64,000 bases of DNA, taken from the NCBI GenBank assembly GCA_045862955.1, contig BTVI01000015.1, forward strand, positions 12,298 to 76,297, written 5' to 3'. The notes beneath the pieces were generated by a model. It was not told the origin of the DNA, made no database searches, and saw only the letters and a program-made list of their open reading frames with translations. The position numbers and the translations under genes are program-made. The stretch is from Fimbriimonadales bacterium. GTDB taxonomy: Bacteria; Armatimonadota; Fimbriimonadia; Fimbriimonadales; JABRVX01. The first letter of the stretch is position 1. Every line of letters starts with the position of its first letter. Shown in pieces: positions 1 through 10,690 of the stretch.

Positions 1-704
1 TTGCTCCCGCGACCAGCTCCATCCAGAAGGGTGAGTCCATCCGAGACACGGTGGTGACACTCGACTATGCCGGGGTGGACTGCCTGGTGATTCGCCACCC
101 CAGCCCCGGTGCCCCCCACCAGGCCGCAGAGGTTTTCGAGGGCGGTGTCGTGAACGCTGGGGACGGTTGTCACGAACATCCGACGCAGGCACTCGCCGAC
201 CTGCTCACCATCATTAGCCGCAAAGGGACTGTCGAAGGGCTCACCGTGGCTATCGTGGGGGATATCGTTCACAGCCGCGTGGCCCGCTCCAATGCCTGGT
301 GCCTAACGAAGATGGGCGCGAAGGTGCGGTTCGTCGGTCCCCTGACGCTGCTGCCTAAGGACTGCAGCATGCTGCCGGTGGAGACCTGTGACAATCTCGC
401 CGCCGGCCTGGCCGACGCAGACGTGGTGATGGCCCTCCGCCTCCAACGCGAGCGAATGAACGGGTACGACCTGGGGAGCCTGGCGGAATACACCCAGCAC
501 TTTCAGATCAACCGCGAGTCACTAAAGCTGGCCAAGGACGACGTACTGGTCATGCATCCTGGGCCTATCAACCGCGGAGTCGAGCTAGACGACTTTGCTG
601 CCGACAGCACCTTCTCGGCAATCCACAACCAGGTGGAAAACGGCATCTATGTGCGCATGGCGGTGTTAGCGAACGAGTTCGATAAGCTGCGAGGAGATGC
701 ATGA
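1..704 (+). CDS. pyrB: Aspartate carbamoyltransferase catalytic subunit (5'-truncated by window edge)
   Basis: Frame open from the window edge (SSIQKGES); NAGDG-HEHPTQAL, GDIVHSRVARSN, LRLQRER and MHPGPINRG motifs; followed by pyrC. Confidence 0.95.
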   Translation, partial: APATSSIQKGESIRDTVVTLDYAGVDCLVIRHPSPGAPHQAAEVFEGGVVNAGDGCHEHPTQALADLLTIISRKGTVEGLTVAIVGDIVHSRVARSNAWCLTKMGAKVRFVGPLTLLPKDCSMLPVETCDNLAAGLADADVVMALRLQRERMNGYDLGSLAEYTQHFQINRESLKLAKDDVLVMHPGPINRGVELDDFAADSTFSAIHNQVENGIYVRMAVLANEFDKLRGDA

Positions 705-2017
705 AGACGCTGCTCAAGGGTGGTAGGCTGCTCGATCCTTCCCAGGACCTCGACGTCATCGGCGACCTGCTGATCGCGAATGACCAGATTGTCGAGATGA
801 ATGGGTCGGAGAGATTGGAGCCGGGTGATACCGTCATTGACTGCACGGGTCTGTGGGTGTGTCCCGGACTAATTGATCTGCACGTGCACCTTCGCGAGCC
901 AGGATTCGAGTACAAGGAGACGATAAGCACCGGCACCCAGGCCGCGGCAGCGGGTGGTTTCACTACCATCTGTTGCATGCCGAACACGGATCCGCCGCTA
1001 GACCGTCGAGCCATCATCGAGTACGTAGTGACACGAGCCGCTTCCTCGGAGAGTGGTGGCATCTTCGTTGCTCCTATCGGTGCGGTGGCGCGAGGCATGG
1101 GAAGTGACCACTTGGCCGAGATCGCCTCCATGAAGGAAGCAGGTATCGTCGCGGTGAGCGATGATGCGTCTCCGATCCAAGATGCTGAGATGATGCATCA
1201 AGCGATGCAGTACTGCAAGATGCTCGACCTCCCAATCGCCACGCACTGCGAGGAACTAAGCCTAACACGTGGCGGCTCCATGAACGAGGGCGCGATGAGC
1301 GCTGTGTTAGGTCTAAAGGGCATGCCGCGCACCGCCGAAGACATTCAGGTCGCGCGGAACTGTGTGCTGAGTATTTCCACGGGCTGCCGGTTACATGTGT
1401 GTCATGTCAGTACATGGGGTTCCGTCGAGACCATCCGCAAGGCGAAGTCGCTGGGCGCGCCGGTGACTGCCGAGGTAACTCCCCACCACCTCATCCTCAC
1501 CGATGAGGCGGTAGATGGTTTCGACACCAATTGCAAGATGAACCCGCCGCTGCGTACCCAAAAGGACGTGGAAGCGCTCCGAGAAGCGTTGGCCGACGGC
1601 ACCATAGACTGCATCGCCACCGATCACGCTCCCCACTCGCTGCACGAAAAGCAGCTGCCTTTTTCGGACGCACCCTTCGGTATCGTTGGGCTGGAAAGCG
1701 CGGTCGGACTCATACTAACACACTTGACGCACACCGGAGTGCTGACACCCCTTCAGACGATTCGCGCGATGAGCACGGGACCCGCCGAAGCCTTTGCCCT
1801 GGGTGGTGGAACACTAATCCCCGGGGAACTCCCGGCCGCGCAGATCACCGTAATCGATCCAAACCTAGAGTGGACGTTCGACGTGCGCAAGACGTTCTCC
1901 AAGAGCCGCAACTCTCCCTTCCATGGCTGGCAACTTCGCGGTAAGGCCGTGATGACCATCTGGGGCGACGAGGTGTACCGAGACGGCGTCATGGATGCGC
2001 GCGTCTCGACGCAGTGA
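701..2017 (+). CDS. pyrC: Dihydroorotase
   Basis: DLHVHLREPG, GGFTTICCMPNT, KMNPPLR and ATDHAPH motifs; ATGA overlap with pyrB. Confidence 0.95.
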   Translation: MKTLLKGGRLLDPSQDLDVIGDLLIANDQIVEMNGSERLEPGDTVIDCTGLWVCPGLIDLHVHLREPGFEYKETISTGTQAAAAGGFTTICCMPNTDPPLDRRAIIEYVVTRAASSESGGIFVAPIGAVARGMGSDHLAEIASMKEAGIVAVSDDASPIQDAEMMHQAMQYCKMLDLPIATHCEELSLTRGGSMNEGAMSAVLGLKGMPRTAEDIQVARNCVLSISTGCRLHVCHVSTWGSVETIRKAKSLGAPVTAEVTPHHLILTDEAVDGFDTNCKMNPPLRTQKDVEALREALADGTIDCIATDHAPHSLHEKQLPFSDAPFGIVGLESAVGLILTHLTHTGVLTPLQTIRAMSTGPAEAFALGGGTLIPGELPAAQITVIDPNLEWTFDVRKTFSKSRNSPFHGWQLRGKAVMTIWGDEVYRDGVMDARVSTQ

Positions 2018-2020
2018 GTT

Positions 2021-3124
2021 GTGCAGAGCCTGCTAGTCCTCGAAAGCGGAGACCGCTTCACCGGCCAGTCCCTAGGTGCGCACGGGCGCACCACGGGGGA
2101 GATCGTGTTCGTAACCGCTATGACGGGCTATCAGGAAGTCCTGACCGACCCCAGTTATGCCGGGCAGATCGTCGTTTTCACGTATCCGCTGATAGGTAAC
2201 TACGGTATCAACGCAGACGACTTCGAGAGTGCAGGCGTGCGCCCGAGAGGCATCGTCGTTCTCCAGGCCTGCCACGAACCTTCCAACTGGCGAAGCAGGC
2301 AGACACTGCCCGAGTTCCTGGCCCAACACGGTCTCGTGTGCATCGAGGGTGTGGACACCCGTGCGGTCACCCGTCTGATTCGCGATCAGGGAGCGATGAA
2401 AGCGACGATTACCACCGACGAAACCGGGGACGAAGCCTTGGCTCGCTTGCGTTCGGAGCCAGATTACGGGGCACAGACATTCATCGAAGAGGTCTCTACT
2501 GGAGAGCCATACTGCTGGGGGCGCTATGGCAAAGAACCCTTTAGCGCCTACGCAGAGGGTTATCGCTATCAGGTGGTAGTGCTCGACTGCGGCATCAAGT
2601 ACAACATCCTGCGCCGGCTTGCCGCAGCCGGCTGCCGCTCGCTGGTCCTACCTGCATCCACCTCGGCCCAAGAGATTCTGGCCCTACCAGCAGACGGTGT
2701 GGTGCTGTCCCCCGGCCCCGGCGATCCCGAGCTACTAACATCCATCGTCGGTACGGTGAAGGACCTGCTCGGCCGAAAGCCGATCCTCGGCATCTGCCTT
2801 GGTCACCAGTTGCTGGCTTTGGCGCTCGGTGGAAGCACCGCAAAGCTCAAGTTCGGCCATCACGGAAGCAACCATCCAGTGCGCCGGTTGGCCGATGGCA
2901 CGGTGCGCATCACGAGCCAAAACCACGGATACGCGGTGCTTGCAGACAGCCTCGCGGGAAGCGGTGCCGAACTAACCCAGATACACGTCACGGACGAGTC
3001 GGTAGAGGGCTTCTGCCATCGTGACCTGAGACTTACCGCCATCCAGTATCACCCCGAGGCGGCTCCCGGCCCGTGGGATAGCCGGCACTACATCTCCGAC
3101 TTCCTGGCCAGTCTCGATAGGTGA
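2021..3124 (+). CDS. carA: Carbamoyl-phosphate synthase small subunit
   Basis: TGYQEVLTDPSYAGQ, LSPGPGDP, GICLGHQ, SQNHGY and QYHPEA motifs. Confidence 0.95.
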   Translation: MQSLLVLESGDRFTGQSLGAHGRTTGEIVFVTAMTGYQEVLTDPSYAGQIVVFTYPLIGNYGINADDFESAGVRPRGIVVLQACHEPSNWRSRQTLPEFLAQHGLVCIEGVDTRAVTRLIRDQGAMKATITTDETGDEALARLRSEPDYGAQTFIEEVSTGEPYCWGRYGKEPFSAYAEGYRYQVVVLDCGIKYNILRRLAAAGCRSLVLPASTSAQEILALPADGVVLSPGPGDPELLTSIVGTVKDLLGRKPILGICLGHQLLALALGGSTAKLKFGHHGSNHPVRRLADGTVRITSQNHGYAVLADSLAGSGAELTQIHVTDESVEGFCHRDLRLTAIQYHPEAAPGPWDSRHYISDFLASLDR

Positions 3125-3137
3125 TCTCACGCACCGG

Positions 3138-4934
3138 CTACCGTTGCGCGCCCACTCCGCGTCGTGTGCGCAGGTAGTCTCGCAGCCCCACCCATGGCCT
3201 CGGGTCCAGCTCCTGCCGAATGCCGGGACAGATTCCGCAGCGCGAGCACACGCTAACATCGCACGGTGGGTCCTGTTGCCCTCGTAGCGCGCGCTGCCAT
3301 TCCTTCCACAGGTATGACTTGGGGAACCCTAGGTCTATAATGTCCCACGGAAACACCTCGTTGAGCTCTCGTGGTCGCTCTGCATAGAACGCAGGGTCCA
3401 CTCCCGAGCGCCGGAAGGCCTCTCTCGTCGACCCCTCCGCCCGATACAGCTCGTATACCAACGATGACACTCGCCTATCACCCCGCGCTAACGTGGCTTC
3501 CAACACCGCCATCCTCGGGCTCTCTCCTAACACGCGCACGTCCGGGTACTTGCGGAGGCGCGAGCGCACGTGCTGCACCTTCTGCTCGAGTACCTTCAGC
3601 GGGTCCTGGCCCGTCCACATGAAAGGTGCTCCGGGCTTGGGTACATGGCAACTGACGGAAAGCGAGATACGGTCCGGCCGGAATTCCGATCGTATCATCT
3701 CCGCTGTCTCGCATATTCCTTCCACATCCTCCATCGTTTCGGTCGGAAGCCCCACCATGTAATACAGCTTCACGCGACGGACGCCGTAACGCAACGCCGT
3801 CGCCACCGCGTCACGAATCTGATCCGCAGTCAGTCGCTTGTTGATGAACTCCCGGAGACGCTCCGATCCAGCCTCCGGCGCGATAGTGATAGACTGTTGT
3901 CCACCCAGAGCCATGTTCTGGACCAGCCTCGGAGTGATCGTATCAGCTCGCAAGGAGCTGACATTGTATGGGATGGAGCGTGACACCAAGTCGGAGGTTA
4001 CCTCCTCCGCGTCCGGGTGATCATACACGCTAGCACCAACGAGACCTACTCGTTCACCTACCACCGTGTTAGCATAGGTCTTCTGCACGGTGTCGCCGCT
4101 CTTGAACCGCGGAGGAAGAAAGGCATAGCCTACCACGCAGAATCGGCAATGCCTCCCGCACCCACGCATGATCTCTGTTAGCCGCATGTTGGCGAATTCG
4201 GTGTTGGGGGTGGTGATCACGCTCGACGTGTCGAGGCGTTCGAGGTCGTTCACCCACACACGTCGGACCGGTAGGGGCACACCGGCTCGCTTCGCTTCGA
4301 AGCCGGCCACCGTCCCGTCCGAATGATAGTGCACGTCATAGAAGGACGGCACATAGACGCCGGGGATGCCCGCCAGCGCCTCGAGTGTGGCCTGCCGATC
4401 CGTACCCGCTTCTGCAACCGCGTCGGCTATCCGAACCAGGCTTTCCTCCGCCTCCCCAATCAGCATGGCGTCCACGAACTCGGCAATCGGCTCGGGGTTC
4501 AGCACGGTTACGGGCCCACCCAGCAAAACGAGTGGGTGTCGTTCGTCCCTATCGGCAGCCCTCAGCGGCAGCCCCGCCAAGTCCAAAATATGCAGGATGT
4601 TCGGGTAATCGGGCTCGTAGCTGACCGAAAAGCCGAGAATGTCGAACTCGCGAACCGCCCGCTGTGTCTCTACAGTGAGAAGCGGCGTCGCCGTACGGCG
4701 GTACTCCTCGCAGTCCTCGGGGTCCGGGAGAAACACCCGCTCGCACGCTACGCCTGGCATCTCATTGAAAAGCCGGTACACCACCTGAAACCCCAGGTTG
4801 GACATTCCCAGGTAGTAGGTGTTAGGGAAGGCGAGCGCTACACGCAGCCGCGCGCCGTGAGGACGCAGAATCGTGCCGCGCTCGTCTCGGAGCAATCTCT
4901 GCAGTTTCTCGATCAGTTTACGGGACATGGACAT
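3138..4934 (-). CDS. B12-binding-type radical SAM protein (TIGR03960-like)
   Basis: CxxxCxxC (RGCGRHCRFC); N-terminal FPNTYYLGMSNLG; APEAGSERLR; C-terminal CxxxxCxxCxxC. Confidence 0.85.
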   Translation of the reverse strand: MSMSRKLIEKLQRLLRDERGTILRPHGARLRVALAFPNTYYLGMSNLGFQVVYRLFNEMPGVACERVFLPDPEDCEEYRRTATPLLTVETQRAVREFDILGFSVSYEPDYPNILHILDLAGLPLRAADRDERHPLVLLGGPVTVLNPEPIAEFVDAMLIGEAEESLVRIADAVAEAGTDRQATLEALAGIPGVYVPSFYDVHYHSDGTVAGFEAKRAGVPLPVRRVWVNDLERLDTSSVITTPNTEFANMRLTEIMRGCGRHCRFCVVGYAFLPPRFKSGDTVQKTYANTVVGERVGLVGASVYDHPDAEEVTSDLVSRSIPYNVSSLRADTITPRLVQNMALGGQQSITIAPEAGSERLREFINKRLTADQIRDAVATALRYGVRRVKLYYMVGLPTETMEDVEGICETAEMIRSEFRPDRISLSVSCHVPKPGAPFMWTGQDPLKVLEQKVQHVRSRLRKYPDVRVLGESPRMAVLEATLARGDRRVSSLVYELYRAEGSTREAFRRSGVDPAFYAERPRELNEVFPWDIIDLGFPKSYLWKEWQRALRGQQDPPCDVSVCSRCGICPGIRQELDPRPWVGLRDYLRTRRGVGAQR

Positions 4935-4974
4935 TCCTAGCTTGACTAAGCATCCAGTATTGTATCATGTAGAC

Positions 4975-6657
4975 ATGAGAACGTCCCGACCACTGGCCGC
5001 CATAGCGGTCCTCTGCCTCGCCAGCTGCCTCGCGGGTCAGTCGCTGTTCCACCAGAGGCTGGCAGTCGGCTTGGGTGCGGCATCCCAGGGGATCCTGAAC
5101 TCCAAAGGCCACGCGGCATTCTTGGCAGCCCTGCCCGATGGACAGTATTACGATCCGTGGATCGGTGGGCGGCCTTTCGCCACGCAGCTGCTCATCGGCG
5201 GACGAACTTGCGAGCTGTACGCACTGGATTCCTCGGGCATCCTCTTGTGGGGGCTTCAGCGCGACTCGGTCGGGCCCTACAGGCACGTGTATCTGGATGT
5301 GACCGACCTCAGCGCTGCGGTGGGCAGCCTGACGAGCCACGGCAGGGGCGCCGGGTTCATCCCGGCGAGCGGGGAACCGGTCTGGTACGACGGCAAGCGG
5401 GTCTACGTCGGCACTACGCCCTACAGCGACGCCATCCTCGGCAGCGGTTCGACCTCGGTTGGAACCGCACTCGTGGACGATGCCGGCAACATCGCCTGGT
5501 CGGGGGGCGGCCCGGCAACGGGCGGGCAGCGAGACGTGTTCTTCAACTCCACGAACCTGAGTGCGGGCGCCCTCGGTTCCTCACGCTTTGCAGCTCCCGT
5601 CGCCACCGCCGGGGGTAAGACCGCCTGGTTCGGTTACGGCAGCCTCACCGACGGAAACACCGACGCGTTCGTCAACACCACGAACGTCAGCCGGTCGGCG
5701 CTCGGCACGGACCCGCGTGAGGCCTATCCGAAGGCGGTCAACTCCTTTGGCAAGCTACTGTGGTCCGGCTGGGGCTCCGCAACCTTCGGGGGTCTCGACG
5801 TGTTCCTGGACGGCACCAATCTCAGCATGCCGCTTCTCGGCAACGGAGCGGACCGCTCGGCTACGCCCATCGGGATGAGCCCAACGGCCTCGGCTCTCTG
5901 GATCGGGCAGTCATTCCAGGCTACTGGCGGCGCTCCGGTGCTCTACCTCAACTCCACCAACTACAGCGGACCGATCCTGGGCAGTGGCGGCGACGTGGTG
6001 GCCCTCGGGATCACCGATGGGGGAGTGCCCGTCTGGGCGGGCACGGGCAATGGTACTTCGGGCCGTCGCAACGTCTTCCGCGGAACGGTCAACGTGACTA
6101 AGGAGGCCTACGGAGGCACGAGCCGCTTCAGCTTCCTCATGGCAATGAACCGCAGGGGCCAGGTGCTGTGGAGGGCAGAAGAGCCGGAGGGCACCGTCAC
6201 CGTGTGGCTCACCTCACCGAGCCTGCCAACCACCCTCACCGGCACTGTCAACCTAGAGGGTGTCGCCGACCCCCAGCCGCGAGAGGTGGTGTTCGAGTTC
6301 TTGGAGCCGGGGACGGGCGACGTGCTGTTCACGCAGGACGTGTACGTGTATTCCGATGGCTCCTTCTACACCGAGCCGCTCCAGACCGGCCTCTTCGACA
6401 TTCGCGTGCGCGCCCCGCACTTCGTTAGCCGTGTTGCCCGTGGCATCCCCGTCTGCGAGACGGGCTCGTTCGACCTCTCACTGCCGAATGGCGACGCGAA
6501 CCTCGATAACGTTGTCGACCTGAACGATCTGAGCGCAGTGCTGCTTCGTTTTGCCTCGTCAGGCAACGGCGATCCGGTCGACTTGAACGAAGACGGCACG
6601 GTGGACCTGCTCGACCTCTCCATCGCACTGCTGTCGTTCGCCAAGACGGGAGAGTAG
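4975..6657 (+). CDS. Secreted repeat (putative beta-propeller) protein with C-terminal dockerin-like domain
   Basis: Signal peptide from ATG 4975; ~44-aa repeats (DVF.N.TNLS...LG...W.G.G); C-terminal GDANLDNVVDLNDL...DLNEDGTVDLLDL. Confidence 0.75.
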   Translation: MRTSRPLAAIAVLCLASCLAGQSLFHQRLAVGLGAASQGILNSKGHAAFLAALPDGQYYDPWIGGRPFATQLLIGGRTCELYALDSSGILLWGLQRDSVGPYRHVYLDVTDLSAAVGSLTSHGRGAGFIPASGEPVWYDGKRVYVGTTPYSDAILGSGSTSVGTALVDDAGNIAWSGGGPATGGQRDVFFNSTNLSAGALGSSRFAAPVATAGGKTAWFGYGSLTDGNTDAFVNTTNVSRSALGTDPREAYPKAVNSFGKLLWSGWGSATFGGLDVFLDGTNLSMPLLGNGADRSATPIGMSPTASALWIGQSFQATGGAPVLYLNSTNYSGPILGSGGDVVALGITDGGVPVWAGTGNGTSGRRNVFRGTVNVTKEAYGGTSRFSFLMAMNRRGQVLWRAEEPEGTVTVWLTSPSLPTTLTGTVNLEGVADPQPREVVFEFLEPGTGDVLFTQDVYVYSDGSFYTEPLQTGLFDIRVRAPHFVSRVARGIPVCETGSFDLSLPNGDANLDNVVDLNDLSAVLLRFASSGNGDPVDLNEDGTVDLLDLSIALLSFAKTGE

Positions 6658-6661
6658 CCAA

Positions 6662-8176
6662 CTAAGCCGTCATCGTCTCGACACCGGTCATCAGCCGCAT
6701 TAGACCCTCTTCCGTCGCCTGCCCGGCTAGCACTTCGCCAACGAGTCGCCCATTGCGCAGAACCAGAATGCGGTCGCACAAGTTCAGCAACTCCGGCAGC
6801 TCGCTGGAGCTGACCACTACACCCCGCCCCTCCGATGCCATCGCCCGCACCAGCGAGTGGATCTCCGTCTTCGCACCTACGTCCACTCCGCGAGTGGGTT
6901 CGTCGAGAATCAGCACTCGGCACTGGGCCGCCAGCCACTTGGCGATCACCAGCTTCTGCTGATTGCCACCCGACAGGCCCGCCGCGACTGCATCCAACGA
7001 AGGCGCCTTCACCCTCATTGCAGCGAAGAACTTCGCTGCCAGCTCTCGCTCCGCCCCAGCGTTCACCCACCCGAAGCGCGAAAGCGAGTCCAGCACCGGC
7101 AGCGATATGTTATCCTTGGCGCTCATCCCCAGCACCAGCCCGTACCGCTTACGGTCTTCGGGCACCAGCCCGACTCCCATCCGCATCATCGTGGTGGGAC
7201 TGCGCTGCTCGACGATCTGGCCCGCCACGGCCACCTCGCCCTGGACGAAAGGATCGAGACCGAAGATCGCCAGTGCCACCTCGGTCCGACCAGAACCTAC
7301 CAGGCCCGCCAGCCCGACGATCTCCCCACCGCGGACGGCGAATCCGATATCGGTGAACTTCCGTGGGCTGCTCAGCCCAGCTACGCGCAACAACTCGGGC
7401 CCGAACGGCACGCCGCGTTCCGAAGGCCTACCTTCCACCACGCGACCGATCATCATCCGCACCAGGTCATCCCGTGTTAGGTCGGCAACAGGGCAAGTGC
7501 CTACTAGGTGCCCGTCTCGCAACACCGTCACCGTATCACACAGCTCGAACACCTCTTCCATGCGGTGCGACACATATATGCATGACACCCCCTGCGACCG
7601 CAACTCGCGGATCTGCTCGAACAGCACCTGTGTCTCGTAGAGCGATAGGCTGCTCGTTGGCTCGTCGAAGATCAACACCTTCGCGCCGCGCCCCACTGCG
7701 CCAGCTACCTGTGCCAGCTGCTGCTTGCTGATGGGTAGGTCGCCGACCAGGTGCCACGGGTCCACATCCAAGTTAATGCGCTGCAGCCATGCCTTGGTGC
7801 GCCGCTCCATCTCCACGTGATCCACGAAAAGTCCCCGTGCCGGCGGATCGTCCAGGCACAGGTTTTCGGCCACCGATAGGTTCTCGCAAAACGCCAGCTC
7901 CTGGTGGACGATACCGATGCCTGCCCGAATGGCATCCAACGGCCCCCCGAAACGCACCGGCTTGCCCTCTAGAAGGACTTGCCCAGCATCCGGTCTGATC
8001 AGACCCGCCAGCACCTTTCCCAGCGTGCTCTTGCCCGCTCCGTTCTCGCCTACCAACGCATGGCAAGAGGCACGTCGCACTCGCAGGGCGACATCGTCCA
8101 ATGCTAACACGCCAGGGAACCGCTTCGTGATCCCCTGCGCCTCGAGCACTATCTCTCCCGAAGAACTACTACTCAC
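6662..8176 (-). CDS. Sugar ABC transporter ATP-binding protein (RbsA-like)
   Basis: GENGAGKST, DEPTSSL, LSGGNQQK and DEPTRGVDVGAK; two ATPase halves. Confidence 0.92.
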   Translation of the reverse strand: MSSSSSGEIVLEAQGITKRFPGVLALDDVALRVRRASCHALVGENGAGKSTLGKVLAGLIRPDAGQVLLEGKPVRFGGPLDAIRAGIGIVHQELAFCENLSVAENLCLDDPPARGLFVDHVEMERRTKAWLQRINLDVDPWHLVGDLPISKQQLAQVAGAVGRGAKVLIFDEPTSSLSLYETQVLFEQIRELRSQGVSCIYVSHRMEEVFELCDTVTVLRDGHLVGTCPVADLTRDDLVRMMIGRVVEGRPSERGVPFGPELLRVAGLSSPRKFTDIGFAVRGGEIVGLAGLVGSGRTEVALAIFGLDPFVQGEVAVAGQIVEQRSPTTMMRMGVGLVPEDRKRYGLVLGMSAKDNISLPVLDSLSRFGWVNAGAERELAAKFFAAMRVKAPSLDAVAAGLSGGNQQKLVIAKWLAAQCRVLILDEPTRGVDVGAKTEIHSLVRAMASEGRGVVVSSSELPELLNLCDRILVLRNGRLVGEVLAGQATEEGLMRLMTGVETMTA

Positions 8177-9194
8177 CAGTGAGGTACTTCGGGTCGACGT
8201 CCGAAAAGCCCCATTGTTTGAGCTGCCTTGCCCACTCGGACAGGTTGTCTTTGGACACGCGCACCAGCTCCATCTTGTTGATCGGCGGAATGTCCTTCTT
8301 GTGGATTAGCTTGTCCACGATCATTTCCACGGACACCTTTCCCCACAGATAGGTGGGTTGGGCGAGCAGCACCGGTGCAATGCCCTTCTCGATGTATGGA
8401 AGTTGCGCAGGCAAGCAATCTACTGCCACCACCTTCACCTTCGAAGGGTCCAAGTCGGATAGCAGTGTCTTCGTGAAGAGCGGCCACCCTCCGATCATCG
8501 CCCAGGCCGTGATCTCCGGGTTGGCTTGCATCACCCGCAGAACCTCGGCAGCGGCATCCTGCGGTGTCTCGGCGTGGTGAAAGGTGCCGATGATCTTGAT
8601 GCCCCGATACTTCGCTGCTTCCTGCTTGGCCCCCTGGACGCGCTTCTGCAGGTTGGGGGCGTTCTGGTTTCCCGCGAGGATCGCAACGTTCGCCTTCCCG
8701 TTCGTCTGCGCCGCTAGCTCGGCCATCACCTTCCTGCCGGTCTCCACGTCGTCCACGCCGTAAAACGCAAAGCGCTTCGAGTCCGGTGCATCACTGTCGA
8801 AGGTCATAACAGGAATGCCAGCGTCCACAGCGTCGTTGATGGCGCCGGTCACCTTCCCGGCGTCGGAACAGGAGATGAGTATTACGTCGGCACCTTCGTT
8901 CACTGCCTGTTGAACGCGCTGCGCCTGAATCTGTCCGTCCTCGGTGGGTGGTGTTCGCCAATCAATCTCGATGTTGACGCCCGTCTCTTGCGATAGGCGT
9001 CTAGCAGCATCCTCCGCGCCGGTGCGTGCGGAGATGAAGACCGGGTTCGTCGAACTCTTCGCGATCATCACGATCTTCAGCGACTTGGGCTTTTGCGTGG
9101 TGCTCGCTTCCTTCTTTCCACATCCCGCGGCAAGCAGCGCGATGCCACCCAGCGCTGCTAGAGCTACTATGAACAGGCGTTCTTTCATTGCCAT
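8169..9194 (-). CDS. Sugar ABC transporter substrate-binding lipoprotein
   Basis: Lipobox LAAGC; periplasmic binding protein type 1 motifs (GIPVMTFDSDA); GGAGG RBS. Confidence 0.88.
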   Translation of the reverse strand: MAMKERLFIVALAALGGIALLAAGCGKKEASTTQKPKSLKIVMIAKSSTNPVFISARTGAEDAARRLSQETGVNIEIDWRTPPTEDGQIQAQRVQQAVNEGADVILISCSDAGKVTGAINDAVDAGIPVMTFDSDAPDSKRFAFYGVDDVETGRKVMAELAAQTNGKANVAILAGNQNAPNLQKRVQGAKQEAAKYRGIKIIGTFHHAETPQDAAAEVLRVMQANPEITAWAMIGGWPLFTKTLLSDLDPSKVKVVAVDCLPAQLPYIEKGIAPVLLAQPTYLWGKVSVEMIVDKLIHKKDIPPINKMELVRVSKDNLSEWARQLKQWGFSDVDPKYLTGE

Positions 9195-9203
9195 AACTAC
9201 CTC

Positions 9204-10235
9204 CTAACCCTTCGCCTGAAGCAATCGCTTCGACCCCAGACGCGCACTCGCACGATCCAGCACTACTGCGATAATGATCGCACAGCCGATGATAATCCAC
9301 TCGTACTTCTGGTCGAAATGCAGCGTGCGGATGGATTGCTGCATGAGGGCAATCAATAACGCACCGAGCATCGCGCTGATCGCGCTTCCCTTACCCCCCG
9401 CAAGGCTCGCACCGCCTACCACGGCAGATGCAATTACATACAACTCATATCCGGTCGCGTCGGCACTGGATGCTGCCCCGAAGTATCCCGCAGCGATGAA
9501 CGCCGCAATGCCGGCAGTCAGCCCGGAGATCGTGTACACCGCAATCAGTACCCGCTCGATGCGTACTCCGGAATACCGAGCCGCCTCGACGTTGCCACCC
9601 ACCGCGAACACCCTCCTGCCACTCACCGTCTTGGTAAGAAAGAGCCATCCACACACTGCCACTGCCAACATCGCTAACATCGGCACGGGATACAGCTGCT
9701 TGCCGAGCCCGAGGTTCGCCTTCGCCAGGTCTGTCAGCGAGCTGGGCACGAGGATGCTCTCTGCGCGGCTGGTAACGAACGCGATCCCGCGATACACCCA
9801 CATCGTCCCTAGGGTGATAATGAACGGGTGCACGCCGAGCGACGTAATCATCACGCCGTTGGCAAATCCACACATCGTGCCGAGCCCGCAGCACACCAAG
9901 ATGCCGACCCAGATAGCCGATCCACCCGTCAAACCCAAGTCCCTCAGCACCATCGCCGAAAGCACTCCGGCGAGCGCGTAGGTGGAACCGACGGACAAGT
10001 CGATCCCGGCGGTGATGATCACCATGGTTACACCCACCGCCATGATCGCGAAGAAGCTGGCGAAGGTGGCAACCTGCATCAGAGTCGCGGCGTTCAGGAA
10101 GTTGTTTACCTCCGCCCCGGTGGCCCGATTGGTGTGAGTACCCGCGAACACAGTGAGCACCACTCCGAGTGCCACGATCACCACCAGCAGTCCGAATTGC
10201 TGCGAGCCGACGAGTACCAAAAGGTTGCGCCGCAT
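9204..10235 (-). CDS. Sugar ABC transporter permease (RbsC-like)
   Basis: GIDLSVG, PFIITLG, AVGGN.EAARYSG and YELYVIASAVVGG; start placed at ATG 10235. Confidence 0.9.
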   Translation of the reverse strand: MRRNLLVLVGSQQFGLLVVIVALGVVLTVFAGTHTNRATGAEVNNFLNAATLMQVATFASFFAIMAVGVTMVIITAGIDLSVGSTYALAGVLSAMVLRDLGLTGGSAIWVGILVCCGLGTMCGFANGVMITSLGVHPFIITLGTMWVYRGIAFVTSRAESILVPSSLTDLAKANLGLGKQLYPVPMLAMLAVAVCGWLFLTKTVSGRRVFAVGGNVEAARYSGVRIERVLIAVYTISGLTAGIAAFIAAGYFGAASSADATGYELYVIASAVVGGASLAGGKGSAISAMLGALLIALMQQSIRTLHFDQKYEWIIIGCAIIIAVVLDRASARLGSKRLLQAKG

Positions 10236-10411
10236 CCATGCTCCGATTCCGCACCCGCTGTCCCGCCTCCTGCCCCGCCGGGTCGCCTGGCTGACTCCGC
10301 CTGAGGGCACCCCCATCTGGCAACACGCCCGCGCCAGAGCAGGGGACCAGGCCTGGTCGAGCCCCCTTCCCAGCAGCACACGGTGCCTCGTCACTAAGAT
10401 CTCCCTCCCCC

Positions 10412-10440
10412 TTGACACCGCGCAGCCAGTGTGATACGAT
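10412..10440 (+). promoter_or_regulatory. Sigma70 promoter of the cobalamin-riboswitch operon
   Basis: TTGACA-N17-TACGAT with TG extension. Confidence 0.75.
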
Positions 10441-10462
10441 AGACCCGACAAATAACACGCTG

Positions 10463-10556
10463 GGTTGCGTGGCCACGGGGAAGCCGGTGAGAATCCGGCG
10501 CAGTGCCGCTACGGTGTTGCGATGAACTCGCTAAGCCCGACCGCCACCACGCAGCC
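10463..10556 (+). promoter_or_regulatory. Cobalamin riboswitch
   Basis: GGGAAGCCGGTGAGAATCCGGCGCAGTGCCGCTACGGTG core and AAGCCCGACCGCC B12-box-like segment; P1 pairing GGTTGCGTGG/CCACGCAGCC. Confidence 0.88.
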
Positions 10557-10610
10557 GGTCACGGTAACCTCTTCGCGCTTGAGAGGGTGACTGCGCAGCA
10601 GTTCTAGCAG

Positions 10611-10645
10611 ACCCCGTCCCAAAGCGAGGAGCGGGGTTTTCGTTT
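10611..10645 (+). terminator. Riboswitch expression-platform terminator
   Basis: ACCCCG...CGGGGT stem followed by a U-rich tract, upstream of the start at 10691. Confidence 0.6.
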
Positions 10646-10690
10646 ACCCCGTTTCCCGAACCGGCGCCCGGCTCGATACAAAGGAGAGCA

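Noticed and set aside
2021..3124. carA without adjacent carB as an anomaly
   Set aside because: Split car genes are common; carB is probably elsewhere in the genome
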